A stretch of DNA of 64,000 bases, taken from an uncultured Candidatus Saccharibacteria bacterium (GTDB lineage Bacteria > Patescibacteriota > Saccharimonadia > Saccharimonadales > JACDBH01). Position 1 is the first letter of the stretch. The number at the start of each line of letters is the position of its first letter. Location: positions 1,740 to 65,739 of the forward strand of contig CAYSJS010000001.1 of NCBI GenBank assembly GCA_964431415.1. Direction: 5' to 3'. Positions 44,781 through 53,852 of this stretch are shown here, one piece after another. The translations under genes and the position numbers were made by a program. The notes below the pieces were generated by a model that made no database searches, had not been told where the DNA came from, and was given only the letters and a program-made list of their open reading frames with translations.

Positions 44781-46187
44781 TTACGGATATAGTACTGATA
44801 CATCCGGGCCCTTGCTGCCTTTTTCGTATTCTATAAGCCCATCGCTAGAACGCGTCCAGGCTTCTACCGCAGGCGTTACGACCCGCCAAGACTCACGTAT
44901 CTCATCCGCGGTCGCAAACAAGGTATGATCACCCCTAAAGGCATCTACAAGTACCCGCTCGTACGCCGTCGGCTTGAATTCTACGCCCTCAAAAGCGGTT
45001 TTATAATTAAAGTTCATTTCAACGTGCTGCACTTCGTCATCAAAACCGGGCTTTTTTACTCTTAGACTCAGTTCTATTCCTTCCTTGGGGAAGATACGAA
45101 AACTTAAGACGTCATGATGCGGCGAGTTTTTGGTCGGCTTGAATACGACATTTACTTCGCTGACTTTATGCTCAAGAGCCTTGCCTGAAGAAACAATCAG
45201 GGGTACATCGTGCCACCGCTCATCGCTTGACGTAAATCGAAAGGCCGCAAACGTCTCTATGCGGGAATCTGGATTAGACACCTCATCCTTGTAGCCAACG
45301 TACTGCCCCCTTACCGCATCCGTATGCGGATCGGCCTGGCTCAGCAGTTTAAGCGCCGCCAGCTTTTTGTTGTGTATGAGATCCGACGTGAGTTCGTCCG
45401 GCTGCTCCATAATAATAAGCGCCAATATCTGCAGCAGATGACTCTGAATAAGATCGCGTACCGCACCGGTTTGTTCATAAAACGCAACCCGGCCTTCTAT
45501 ATCTAAACGTTCGTTGGCAATTACCTCTATGTATTCGATGTAGTGCTTATTCCATAGCGGTTCAAAAATTGGGTTACTGAACCGAAAGGTGAGGAAGTTT
45601 TGGACAGTTTCTTTGGCGAGATAATGATCAATCCTGAAAATCTGCTCCTCAGAGAAATATTGAGCCGTTCTTTTTATGAGATCTTCAGCGTCTGCCAGGT
45701 TGCCGCCAAAAGGTTTTTCGGCCAACAGACGCGTTTGTGCGCTGCCAGACTGCGCAACTCCATGCAAGCCGTTTTGTCCTAGCTTTTCAATAATCTGTCC
45801 TGCTGCTGCCGGCGGCACAGACAGATAAAATAACCGGTTCATTGGCAGGCCATGCTCTGCTTCCACGGAATCTAAGTGCTGCTTAAGCTGCTGATAGGCT
45901 GCGTCATCCGCCACGTCCATATGACGAAGCGTTAAGCGCTTCTTTAGCTTTTGTACTGCTGCTGGGTCGCATATGCCATCCACCTCACTCACGCACAGTT
46001 CAATGCTCGCCAGGAGATCGTCTAATTGCATATCGCCTCTGGTAAGGCCAATAATCTCCGTGTGGTCGTCCAACATGTCATACTTTACGAGATGGTACAG
46101 AGAAGGAAGAATATACCGTTTAGCAAGATCGCCCGTGATCCCAAAGACGACTAATATGCCCGGTTCTACCACCTTTTCTGAACTCAT
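44781..46187 (-). CDS. zwf: Glucose-6-phosphate 1-dehydrogenase
   Basis: FGITGDLAKR, EKPFGGNLADAEDL and RIDHYLAKE motifs. Confidence 0.93.
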   Translation of the reverse strand: MSSEKVVEPGILVVFGITGDLAKRYILPSLYHLVKYDMLDDHTEIIGLTRGDMQLDDLLASIELCVSEVDGICDPAAVQKLKKRLTLRHMDVADDAAYQQLKQHLDSVEAEHGLPMNRLFYLSVPPAAAGQIIEKLGQNGLHGVAQSGSAQTRLLAEKPFGGNLADAEDLIKRTAQYFSEEQIFRIDHYLAKETVQNFLTFRFSNPIFEPLWNKHYIEYIEVIANERLDIEGRVAFYEQTGAVRDLIQSHLLQILALIIMEQPDELTSDLIHNKKLAALKLLSQADPHTDAVRGQYVGYKDEVSNPDSRIETFAAFRFTSSDERWHDVPLIVSSGKALEHKVSEVNVVFKPTKNSPHHDVLSFRIFPKEGIELSLRVKKPGFDDEVQHVEMNFNYKTAFEGVEFKPTAYERVLVDAFRGDHTLFATADEIRESWRVVTPAVEAWTRSSDGLIEYEKGSKGPDVSVLYP

Positions 46188-46189
46188 GG

Positions 46190-47149
46190 CTACGCTTCCT
46201 CTTTTTTTGAGCCGGTATTTAAAACCTGACCACTGGCTATAATCTCTTCCACATTTACCGCATGTCCGCCAAATTTGTTCCTGAGCGCCGCAAGCAGCTT
46301 AGTAGAAAAGTTCGTTGTGCCATTCTGGCTCTCCAGTCGCACATCAAAAGACGCCTGTATAGCCGCCAGAAGAACGCCTAATGCTTGTGCGGTTTCTAAC
46401 GCCCAGCGAGCTTCGCCACTTTCTGCCACAACTCCATCGTTACCGGTGAGCTCCGGATTTTCCCTGAGGACATCACGGCACAGCTCATTCAGCCAAGATG
46501 TTACGACGCTATGATGCTGCCAGACATCACCAGCCGCACCTAGGTCTATATTTTGGTATGGGCCTTCTTTTAGCAGCCTATATCCTTCTGCTAGGGACTC
46601 CATCATGCCGTATTCTACTGCGTTATGTACCATTTTTACGTATTGTCCGGCTCCGCTGTCACCGAAGCGAAAGTAAGCACCTTCCGGCTGAGCGAGCGTC
46701 TGAAATACTGGTTCTACCGCATTAAATGCAGCCTCTTCGCCGCCGATCATCATTGAAAAGCCGTTTTGGTACCCCCAGACCCCGCCACTCGTACCACTGT
46801 CTAAAAGTGTTGAACCGGCAGCAGCCACTTTTTCGGCACGCTGCCTGGTAAGACGATAGTCCGAGTTGCCGCCATCTATTATAATGCTCCCTTTTGGTAC
46901 TATGGCCAGCCATTCGTCTAACTGGGTATCTATGACATCAGCCGGGACCATAACCCACACAACAACCTGGGCGTCACCGAACGCGGCCACAGCATCCGCC
47001 TTCTGATAGGCAGCGGTCGCCCCATAGGTAACCGCCTCATCGACCTTATCTTTGCTGCGGTTGTGAGCGATCACGGTATGACCGCCTTCACTAAGCTTAC
47101 GCGCCACCTGCATTCCCATACGTCCCAGTCCGGCAACAGCTATTTTCAT
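46190..47149 (-). CDS. gnd: 6-phosphogluconate dehydrogenase, short (about 300 aa) decarboxylating type
   Basis: MKIAVAGLGRMGMQVARKL Rossmann N-terminus and GAGQYVKMVHNAVEYGMM block. Confidence 0.85.
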   Translation of the reverse strand: MKIAVAGLGRMGMQVARKLSEGGHTVIAHNRSKDKVDEAVTYGATAAYQKADAVAAFGDAQVVVWVMVPADVIDTQLDEWLAIVPKGSIIIDGGNSDYRLTRQRAEKVAAAGSTLLDSGTSGGVWGYQNGFSMMIGGEEAAFNAVEPVFQTLAQPEGAYFRFGDSGAGQYVKMVHNAVEYGMMESLAEGYRLLKEGPYQNIDLGAAGDVWQHHSVVTSWLNELCRDVLRENPELTGNDGVVAESGEARWALETAQALGVLLAAIQASFDVRLESQNGTTNFSTKLLAALRNKFGGHAVNVEEIIASGQVLNTGSKKEEA

Positions 47150-48288
47150 GAATTTTCCTTTGTGATTATGTTTGCCACCGTGCTCGCAACCCGAGGATCA
47201 AAAACACTGGGGATAATGCAGTCCGGCGTTGGATCATCAACTAAAGAGGCAATGGCTTTAGCGGCCAATAATTTATGGTTATCGGTAATTTTTCCAACCT
47301 TATTATCGAAAGCACCTCTAAATATTCCTGGAAAAACCAATACGTTGTTTACTTGGTTCGGAAAGTCGCTTCGCCCGGTTGCCACCACAAGCGCACCGGC
47401 ATTTTTTGCGTCTTCAGGCATAATTTCCGGAACAGGGTTCGCCATTGCAAAAATAATGGGGTTAGGCGCCATGGTTTTAATCATGTCACCGGTCAATAAC
47501 CCAGCCTGTGAAAGCCCGATGAATACATGCGCTCCTTTTAGAGCATCTTCAAGACTTCCATCTATCCCAGCAATGTTAAGATCAAGCAGCTTCTTTTTTT
47601 CGTCGTTTAGGTCGGTGCGCTTAGGACCAATAATTCCTTTGCTGTCCACCATCAAAATATCGGTAGCTCCGGCTTTTTCAATCAGCCGCGCAACTGCCGT
47701 ACCTGCGGCACCAGCGCCCACAACCACAATCCTGCATTCCTCCAGTTTATAGCCACCACTTTTGAGTTTTAATGCGTTATAAAGAGCGGCGAGGGTTACG
47801 ATAGCGGTTGCGTGCTGATCGTCATGCATAACCGGTATATTCAGGCTGGCTTTTAGCCTATCTTCTACTTCAAAGCAGATAGGTGCCGCAATATCTTCAA
47901 GGTTGATACCTCCAAAACTTGGCGCAATTGCTTGAACGGCAGCAACAATTTCGTCGGCCGTGTGGACATTTAAAACAATCGGCACCGCATCAACCCCGGC
48001 AAAGTGTTTAAAGAGCATCGCTTTGCCTTCCATCACCGGCATCGCACCTTCTGGCCCAATATCACCAAGCCCCAGCACTGCAGAACCGTCTGAAACAATT
48101 GCTACAAGATTGTTCGTCCAGGTATAGTCACGCAGGGTTTCGGGATGCTGTGCAACATAGCTCGAGACCGCTCCCACCCCCGGGGTATAAAAAAGTTTTA
48201 AGGTTTCCGGCGTCACCTCGCCGCGCAGCCCGGTAGTAATCTTGCCTTTTAGGTCTTTGTGAAGTTTTAGTGCAGCTTCTTCGTTCAT
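47146..48288 (-). CDS. NAD(P)-dependent malic enzyme (short form without a PTA domain)
   Basis: YTPGVGAVS, DGSAVLGLGDIGP, FGGINLEDI and VVGAGAAGTA motifs. Confidence 0.88.
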   Translation of the reverse strand: MNEEAALKLHKDLKGKITTGLRGEVTPETLKLFYTPGVGAVSSYVAQHPETLRDYTWTNNLVAIVSDGSAVLGLGDIGPEGAMPVMEGKAMLFKHFAGVDAVPIVLNVHTADEIVAAVQAIAPSFGGINLEDIAAPICFEVEDRLKASLNIPVMHDDQHATAIVTLAALYNALKLKSGGYKLEECRIVVVGAGAAGTAVARLIEKAGATDILMVDSKGIIGPKRTDLNDEKKKLLDLNIAGIDGSLEDALKGAHVFIGLSQAGLLTGDMIKTMAPNPIIFAMANPVPEIMPEDAKNAGALVVATGRSDFPNQVNNVLVFPGIFRGAFDNKVGKITDNHKLLAAKAIASLVDDPTPDCIIPSVFDPRVASTVANIITKENS

Positions 48289-48953
48289 AGTGCTCCTATT
48301 TGGTTATTGAATATGGTAACGCTGGGTAAATGTCGGAATATCTGGGCGGGCTGTTCATACAGAGGCACCATCTCATCGCGAAGGCGCTGCAGTGCAGGCA
48401 TCTTTTCTGGGCCGAATGCTCCCGCAAACGCTTCTTTAACATGCGACAGGGCAAAGGGAGTAAGCGTGATTCGCCGATACGTACCGGCGTCGTACCCCAC
48501 CACCCATTTTTCGTCCGCGGTAGCAGCGGGCGACTGCGGCAATATACCGGCAGTGTGTCCGTCTGCCCCCATCCCAAAGAACCCGATGATATGCTCGGCA
48601 TCTGTAAATGCGCGCGCATATGCGTCTTCGGCGTTTTGTACCGTTGTGTCAAAATCTTGGCCGGTAAGCATATCTTTAAACCGAGCACTACTTGGATCAA
48701 ACCCGGCCTTAATAAGCTGAGCATAGTTTGAATCCGGGTGACCGGGGCTACCGTAGCGTTCGTCGGTCAGCATGACCGTAAGGTGTGCGGTTAGTTCGGC
48801 TGCGATGTTATCCATAACGGCAACTGCAATCGCAATATTTGAGCCGCCTGGTATGAGCCACAGCACTTTTCTTTGCTGCGTCAAAGATTCATTTAGCGCC
48901 GCAAGTAATGCACGTTCTAGGCCTGCCGTTCCCTCACTTTTTTCAAACTGCAT
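48285..48953 (-). CDS. pgl: 6-phosphogluconolactonase
   Basis: LIPGGSN..., MLTDERYG and GADGHTAGILP motifs. Overlaps the malic-enzyme gene by 4 nt. Confidence 0.75.
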   Translation of the reverse strand: MQFEKSEGTAGLERALLAALNESLTQQRKVLWLIPGGSNIAIAVAVMDNIAAELTAHLTVMLTDERYGSPGHPDSNYAQLIKAGFDPSSARFKDMLTGQDFDTTVQNAEDAYARAFTDAEHIIGFFGMGADGHTAGILPQSPAATADEKWVVGYDAGTYRRITLTPFALSHVKEAFAGAFGPEKMPALQRLRDEMVPLYEQPAQIFRHLPSVTIFNNQIGAL

Positions 48954-49025
48954 GTATCTAGTGTACTACTATGACCCGCCCAACTGCTATACGTATTGCC
49001 GATAACGTTATACGATATAAAAAGC

Positions 49026-49424
49026 ATGGCAGGATACAGCGATAAACCCCTCATAGACAAGCTCGGCTTCAAGAAAGGGCAGCTTGTGTACTTCAAGAAT
49101 GCTCCACCAGAATACACGGATGCGCTTGGTAAAATTCCGGAGGGCATATTTATCGCTAAACGACTCAACCGACCGGTTGATGTGATGCACTGTTTTTATA
49201 CTCAGGCGAAAGATCTTGCGAAAGACACAACCGCATTTATGCAGTACCTTGAACTTAACGGCATGTTATGGGTAAGCTGGCCGAAGAAAAGTTCGGGCGT
49301 CAAAACGGACATTACCGAACAGACACTACGCGATATATTGTTGCCGCTTAATCTGGTGGATATAAAAGTATGCGCCGTTACCGATGTGTGGAGTGGTCTT
49401 AAATTTGTATGGAGAAAAAGTTGA
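49026..49424 (+). CDS. DUF3052-family protein
   Basis: YSDKPLIDKLGFKKGQ... and LWVSWPKKSSGVKTDITEQTLRD...VDIKVCAVTDVWSGLKFVWRK match my recollection of DUF3052. The ATG at 49026 was chosen. Confidence 0.65.
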   Translation: MAGYSDKPLIDKLGFKKGQLVYFKNAPPEYTDALGKIPEGIFIAKRLNRPVDVMHCFYTQAKDLAKDTTAFMQYLELNGMLWVSWPKKSSGVKTDITEQTLRDILLPLNLVDIKVCAVTDVWSGLKFVWRKS

Positions 49425-49807
49425 GCGGCGATCCGCTTGCCTCAATAACCCCTGAGTGGCTTTTCGTGTATTCCGTCGACCATGACGTACCCCCAGAACG
49501 ACTCAAGGACACCGAAAGACAGCTGCATGACTTTGACGCCTCGCTTCTGCCTTTAGGCGAGGGTCTTGTAAAGATGGCTCTGCATTCTTGTCTAGCAAGC
49601 CAAGCGGACGCACTTGCGGTCACCTATTACTCCCTGCGTATCGCTCTTCGGCGTGCAAACGCCGAACCAATAGAGATAACTGAAGTTTTTGCGCGGCACA
49701 TCAGCCATGAAACCTCTACCAGACGCCTCCCGCACGTCAAACTCTCCTCTATGCTGCCTCGCCTAGACTTTGAGTTTACTACCTTTGCTGACATAGAAGC
49801 TTTATAG
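49409..49807 (+). CDS. Hypothetical 132-aa protein
   Basis: Overlaps the upstream gene by 16 nt. No family recognised. Confidence 0.45.
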   Translation: MEKKLSGDPLASITPEWLFVYSVDHDVPPERLKDTERQLHDFDASLLPLGEGLVKMALHSCLASQADALAVTYYSLRIALRRANAEPIEITEVFARHISHETSTRRLPHVKLSSMLPRLDFEFTTFADIEAL

Positions 49808-49808
49808 C

Positions 49809-51155
49809 CTAAAAGTCCTTTACTGCACCAAAGGCGATGCGGTCGAGGATCTCGCCTTGCATATCCATCATGGTTGCCGGCGTCACTACAAACTCGCCGT
49901 AACGGTTATTTATGCCGTCTAGCGCATCACTCAGGCGGCGCTCGGCACTCATCGAACGCAGGCGCTTCACCTCGTTTGTCATAATACTTGTATCAACCGT
50001 CTCAAAAAGGTTCAGCTGTTCCGGGTCGACCGGCTCTAGGTCAAAAGCGGTAATCGCCATGCCGCGAACCTTGTTATATATCTCCGCTTGGTCGAGCAAG
50101 TGCTTGGCGGCCTGAAAAACGCTCGCCGTGCTATATATTCGGTATCCAACCTTCTCGCCATGATGCCACGCCCGCTTGCTGGCTAGGTTCTCGCCGCCTA
50201 AAAAGCCATTTGTTCGTTCGCCCATTTCCTGATAGTTTATAAAGCTCAAATACAAGTGGATGCCGCCAGCTGTTACACCCGACTTGCGGATACGCCGACC
50301 GACTTTTTCACATAGTTTAAGCAGGAGCCGCGCCAGCTCGTCGCGGTCCCAGGTTTTATGAGGCAGGGCATATTGATGCCCAATCTGCGTCCGCTTGCTC
50401 TCGTAACGGTCGACTTCGTACCCACGCAGGCGTAAGTACCAATGTCTCCCGTTGATACTCTGAAACACGACTTTTTGCAGCATACGCATGTCTGCATGCA
50501 AAAAGTCTAGCGGCGTCATAATGCCATACATCTGGAGCCGCCGTCTGTACCGCACGTTAATGCCAGGCAGGTCTACTAGATCCATGTTACAGTAACGGTC
50601 CTCTAGATTGGCGTGGTCAATGGTTAACATGCCGTCCGGTTTACCAAACCCAGCCGCGTACTTTGCCAAAAAGCGGTTGGGACCAATACCGATGTTTACC
50701 GTTACCGCTTCACCGAGCCGCTCACGGATCTTTTGCTTAATTTCGGTTCCAATTTCTTCCATCGTTTTCCCGCTGCGAAGAGCGGGTGAGCCGCTTAAGT
50801 CCAGCACAAATTCATCAATCGACTTCGGCACAACGTCGCTGGTGTATTCCAGCATGAGTTCTTTAAAACGCCGATGCGCTTCGCGGTACTTAGCTGGATC
50901 GGGCGTCATAATGACGATGCCCGGGCACATTTCCCGCGCCTCCCGCACATTAACCCCTAGCTTCACGCCAAGCCGCTTAGCCTCGTAGCTGGCCGCTAAA
51001 ACAAAACCCTTGGGCGTATCGTAAGCCGCCACCCCAATCGGCCGCCCTCGAAGCAATCGGTTGGCTTGTTGCTCGATAATGGCAAAGCACGAGTTAAGGT
51101 CAATATGCATGACCCGTGCTGGAGCAGTATTATATGAAAGCACATTATTGTTCAT
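49809..51155 (-). CDS. Y-family (UmuC/ImpB-like) translesion DNA polymerase
   Basis: MHIDLNSCFAIIEQQANRLLRGRPIGVAA (catalytic Asp block) and SIDEFVLDL (DE block). The N-terminal pattern is closer to UmuC than to DinB. Confidence 0.85.
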   Translation of the reverse strand: MNNNVLSYNTAPARVMHIDLNSCFAIIEQQANRLLRGRPIGVAAYDTPKGFVLAASYEAKRLGVKLGVNVREAREMCPGIVIMTPDPAKYREAHRRFKELMLEYTSDVVPKSIDEFVLDLSGSPALRSGKTMEEIGTEIKQKIRERLGEAVTVNIGIGPNRFLAKYAAGFGKPDGMLTIDHANLEDRYCNMDLVDLPGINVRYRRRLQMYGIMTPLDFLHADMRMLQKVVFQSINGRHWYLRLRGYEVDRYESKRTQIGHQYALPHKTWDRDELARLLLKLCEKVGRRIRKSGVTAGGIHLYLSFINYQEMGERTNGFLGGENLASKRAWHHGEKVGYRIYSTASVFQAAKHLLDQAEIYNKVRGMAITAFDLEPVDPEQLNLFETVDTSIMTNEVKRLRSMSAERRLSDALDGINNRYGEFVVTPATMMDMQGEILDRIAFGAVKDF

Positions 51156-51276
51156 AGTCGTACTTTGTTATTGAAGACGTCGCTGACCGCCCAAGACCAC
51201 CCGAAGGGCTTGGCATTATCACTCTAGAGATCTGCCGATTTGTGTTAGACCACACCATGCCCGTCGACACGCCCTC

Positions 51277-51468
51277 CTAACGTTCCTCTTTAGTCGCACC
51301 GGTTTCGATCGATTGACGGGCGCGCTGCATCACCTCGTTTAGCCGCAATACCGAATGACTCTCGGCCACATCTTCATAATGCAGGCGATAATCTTTAAGC
51401 TCGTTCCGCATGGCCGCCAGCATACGGCGCACTTCTTGACGCTGTGTTCTGTTTTTTCGGTTTTTCAT
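51277..51468 (-). CDS. Hypothetical 63-aa basic helical protein
   Basis: ORF co-oriented with, and 121 nt upstream of, the polymerase gene. Confidence 0.4.
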   Translation of the reverse strand: MKNRKNRTQRQEVRRMLAAMRNELKDYRLHYEDVAESHSVLRLNEVMQRARQSIETGATKEER

Positions 51469-51653
51469 AACTTTATCCTTCTTTCTTCCTTAGTATTTAC
51501 CCATCTGTCTAAACCGCTTCGTCTCATGCTGTTGTCCTTTCGTATTCAACTACGTACCTTACGTTGGTACTTGTAAGCAAACTGTTATGGGTGGATGTAG
51601 CCCAGGACGAAAGGCGAGCACCGGAGCGCAGCCTTTCGCCCGGAATACGCCGC

Positions 51654-51944
51654 TCATGCAGTTTGCCTATACTCAACGACCATATCGCTAGCTGTCATAT
51701 ATTCCTCCAATGTCCACTGTAACGTGTCGGTGTTGAGAGCAAGCTTAAAATACGCTTGCCCAAGTATGTCGGCGATAGAAAAGTGGTGAACAAGCAGATC
51801 ACCCTGTTTCGTCTTATGCCAAAAATCTATTTTTCCCAGCGCGTATTCCTGACCGTTCCAGTTCAGACGATGCGGCTTGAAGCTACGGCTTTTTGCGTTG
51901 TAGAACCATATAACACTTACGGGTTCATCTAAACTTTCCCTCAT
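51654..51944 (-). CDS. Unknown 96-aa protein, paralog A
   Basis: Shares the pattern W..Q.Y.LG...FW....G..LVHH......G.Y.F.LA..T..L.W.LE with the 52245-52556 product. The ATG at 51944 follows AAGGAGG. ATGA overlap with the upstream small ORF. Confidence 0.6.
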   Translation of the reverse strand: MRESLDEPVSVIWFYNAKSRSFKPHRLNWNGQEYALGKIDFWHKTKQGDLLVHHFSIADILGQAYFKLALNTDTLQWTLEEYMTASDMVVEYRQTA

Positions 51945-52132
51945 AATGACATGCACCTCCTTGTCCTGCTTCTTGGCAGAGCCAAGAACCCGCCAAGGAT
52001 TTTGCCATATCGCGGCGTTGCCGATTGTGCTGCTCGTTCACCGTATACTAAATACGCCTCACTGCGCTGCTCATCGGCGCCTAGCGCTATTGGCAAATGC
52101 ATGCCATTCTGCGCGAAAGTACTTTCTCTCAT
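51941..52132 (-). CDS. Hypothetical 63-aa protein coupled to paralog A
   Basis: Same 32-nt RBS and first-codon block as paralog A (MRES...). Its stop overlaps the start of paralog A. Confidence 0.4.
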   Translation of the reverse strand: MRESTFAQNGMHLPIALGADEQRSEAYLVYGERAAQSATPRYGKILGGFLALPRSRTRRCMSL

Positions 52133-52244
52133 GATGACACGCACCTCCTTGTGGAGATTGCAGGGTATAGCGGATAGCGTTTAGGGTTTAGCAAAGCCGC
52201 AGCTACTTCACCCTGACCGCTGCACGCCGCACGCTTGTCTTGGC

Positions 52245-52556
52245 TCATAATGCACCTACCAATCTCTGACTGTTCCAAAGCGGCGCCCGGCTAGGCGTAA
52301 GTGGCGTAGCCTTTTCGAGCTTCCAGGTAAGATTTTCCGTTTCCATGGCAAGCTGAAAGGTGTACGTACCGGCTGTATCACCCACTGTGTAGTGATGCAC
52401 TAACGCGTTGCCTTTGTGTTCGGCATACCAGAACTGCACACCGCCTAAATCATAATTTTCATCCTGCCAACGCAATTGCACAGGCCTGGTGTAACCGTCT
52501 ACAAAAGAGAAGTGAACTTCAACCCCAGAACTAGAATTTTTATTTATTTCCCACAT
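52245..52556 (-). CDS. Unknown 103-aa protein, paralog B
   Basis: The ATG at 52556 is 5 nt from GGAGG. Paralogous to the 51654-51944 product. Confidence 0.6.
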   Translation of the reverse strand: MWEINKNSSSGVEVHFSFVDGYTRPVQLRWQDENYDLGGVQFWYAEHKGNALVHHYTVGDTAGTYTFQLAMETENLTWKLEKATPLTPSRAPLWNSQRLVGAL

Positions 52557-52599
52557 AGAAACCTCCAAATATAACTAACCTTCTATGGCTCATGCAACT

Positions 52600-52636
52600 C
52601 ATCAGCAGTATCGGCAAAGCCGATCCTCAGCTGATG
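52600..52636 (-). promoter_or_regulatory. Nested stem-loop in the 5' region of the paralog/polymerase operon
   Basis: catcagc/gctgatg (7 bp) enclose atcggc/gccgat (6 bp). Read directly from the sequence. Confidence 0.35.
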
Positions 52637-52680
52637 ATCTTGGATAATCGCTGCGTTGGCTTACTGCGGTACTCACTTCA

Positions 52681-52696
52681 CCGTATTTGAATACGG
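52681..52696. promoter_or_regulatory. 16-bp palindrome CCGTATT-tg-AATACGG, a candidate operator
   Basis: 7+7 perfect inverted repeat, 125 nt upstream of the paralog B start. Confidence 0.3.
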
Positions 52697-53028
52697 CTCG
52701 TTGCGTTCCTCGTTGCCGCCTTGCGCTTATTCCAAGTGCAAAACCCATATTTTTAATGAAAGAAGTTGCCATTTTTAACAAAATGACGAAAAATATTTGG
52801 AAACTTGTATGTAGGAACCCTTTATGTCCCGGAGGACGGGAGCACATACATCGTTTGATGTAAGCCTGCAAGGAGGAGACTTTTAAAAGTAGCCCTCACA
52901 TGACTAGCTTTAGTATACACCCACACTAACCATATGCGTCAACACAAACATGGTTTAACTTTTACATCAATGATAGAGCAAAGCTGAACGCTTTTGGTTA
53001 TAAATATAGACGGTGATAAAGTACTGTT

Positions 53029-53802
53029 ATGTCTCCTAAAAAACGCGACCCAAAAGACGAAAATACCAAGAAAGAGCGAAACGTCAAGAAGGCTCTTGTA
53101 GAGTTACGTCAGACGGCACCCAGCAGCGAATTTAGTACAGATTTTATTGACAGAATGCTATTCCATATGGGCGGTCGTTCTTACGACAAATATGGCGCAG
53201 TAGCCGAAAGATACCCCAAGAAAGAGCAGGCGTTACAAAAGATAGTCGATCGTTTTACGAAATATTTGTACACACGCAACCGCAAGTTCCTTATAGACGC
53301 AGCAAACTTTAGCATGATTGAATTCATGCACCCCAGTATAGAAGGAGCATTCTTTGCCGGTACTGATTCAGATGCAAGTCCGGGCAGAATTATGGATGGC
53401 GGCGAACAAAGCGCCAGAAGGAACCAGGATATTGAGCAGGCAGTCACCGCCAAGCCCAACCCAATTAAAATAGTTATCGAGACAGAAACGCCCGACTCAG
53501 AGTATCAAGTATCATTCTTTCAGGGCATGATCAATAGAATGGGGGTATCATTTGCTAAATATGGTGCCGTTAAAGATGGCTATCCTTATGATGTAAATGC
53601 AGCCGAAAGCATACTGCTGAGAATCAAGAAATATGAAGATTCACAGAACACAGAGTTCCTTATAGACGTAGCTAACTTCTGTATGATCGAGTACATGTTC
53701 CCGTCATTGGTAAGGACGCACTATAATCCTATAGAAGACCTGAGTACGGTCGGCAGGGCTGCGGTGAGTAGTGTTGTTGCGCAAAATATCGCGACGATAT
53801 AG
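53029..53802 (+). CDS. Unknown 257-aa protein made of two tandem homologous helical domains
   Basis: Internal repeat: FIDRMLFHMGGRSYDKYGAVAERYP...NRKFLIDAANFSMIEFMHPS versus FFQGMINRMGVSFAKYGAVKDGYP...NTEFLIDVANFCMIEYMFPS. Confidence 0.6.
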   Translation: MSPKKRDPKDENTKKERNVKKALVELRQTAPSSEFSTDFIDRMLFHMGGRSYDKYGAVAERYPKKEQALQKIVDRFTKYLYTRNRKFLIDAANFSMIEFMHPSIEGAFFAGTDSDASPGRIMDGGEQSARRNQDIEQAVTAKPNPIKIVIETETPDSEYQVSFFQGMINRMGVSFAKYGAVKDGYPYDVNAAESILLRIKKYEDSQNTEFLIDVANFCMIEYMFPSLVRTHYNPIEDLSTVGRAAVSSVVAQNIATI

Positions 53803-53852
53803 CAGGTGACATTATTTTAAGTTTTCGGTACACTGTTACAGGTTACAAACAA

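Noticed and set aside
47063-48731. Long plus-strand ORFs (47063-47752, 48307-48720, 48330-48731) and a second minus-frame ORF (48296-48724).
   Set aside because: They are antisense to, or out of frame with, the well-supported malic enzyme and pgl genes, and their products are low-complexity.
51156-51276. Hairpin with a cccTTCGggg-type loop in the 5' region of the polymerase gene.
   Set aside because: The short bulged stem may simply be a stabilising 5' structure. There is no evidence of a regulatory role.
52602-52871. 89-aa minus-strand ORF upstream of paralog B.
   Set aside because: It has no Shine-Dalgarno sequence. It overlaps the palindrome and stem-loop region, which looks regulatory. 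The product has an odd composition. I treated it as non-coding leader or promoter DNA.
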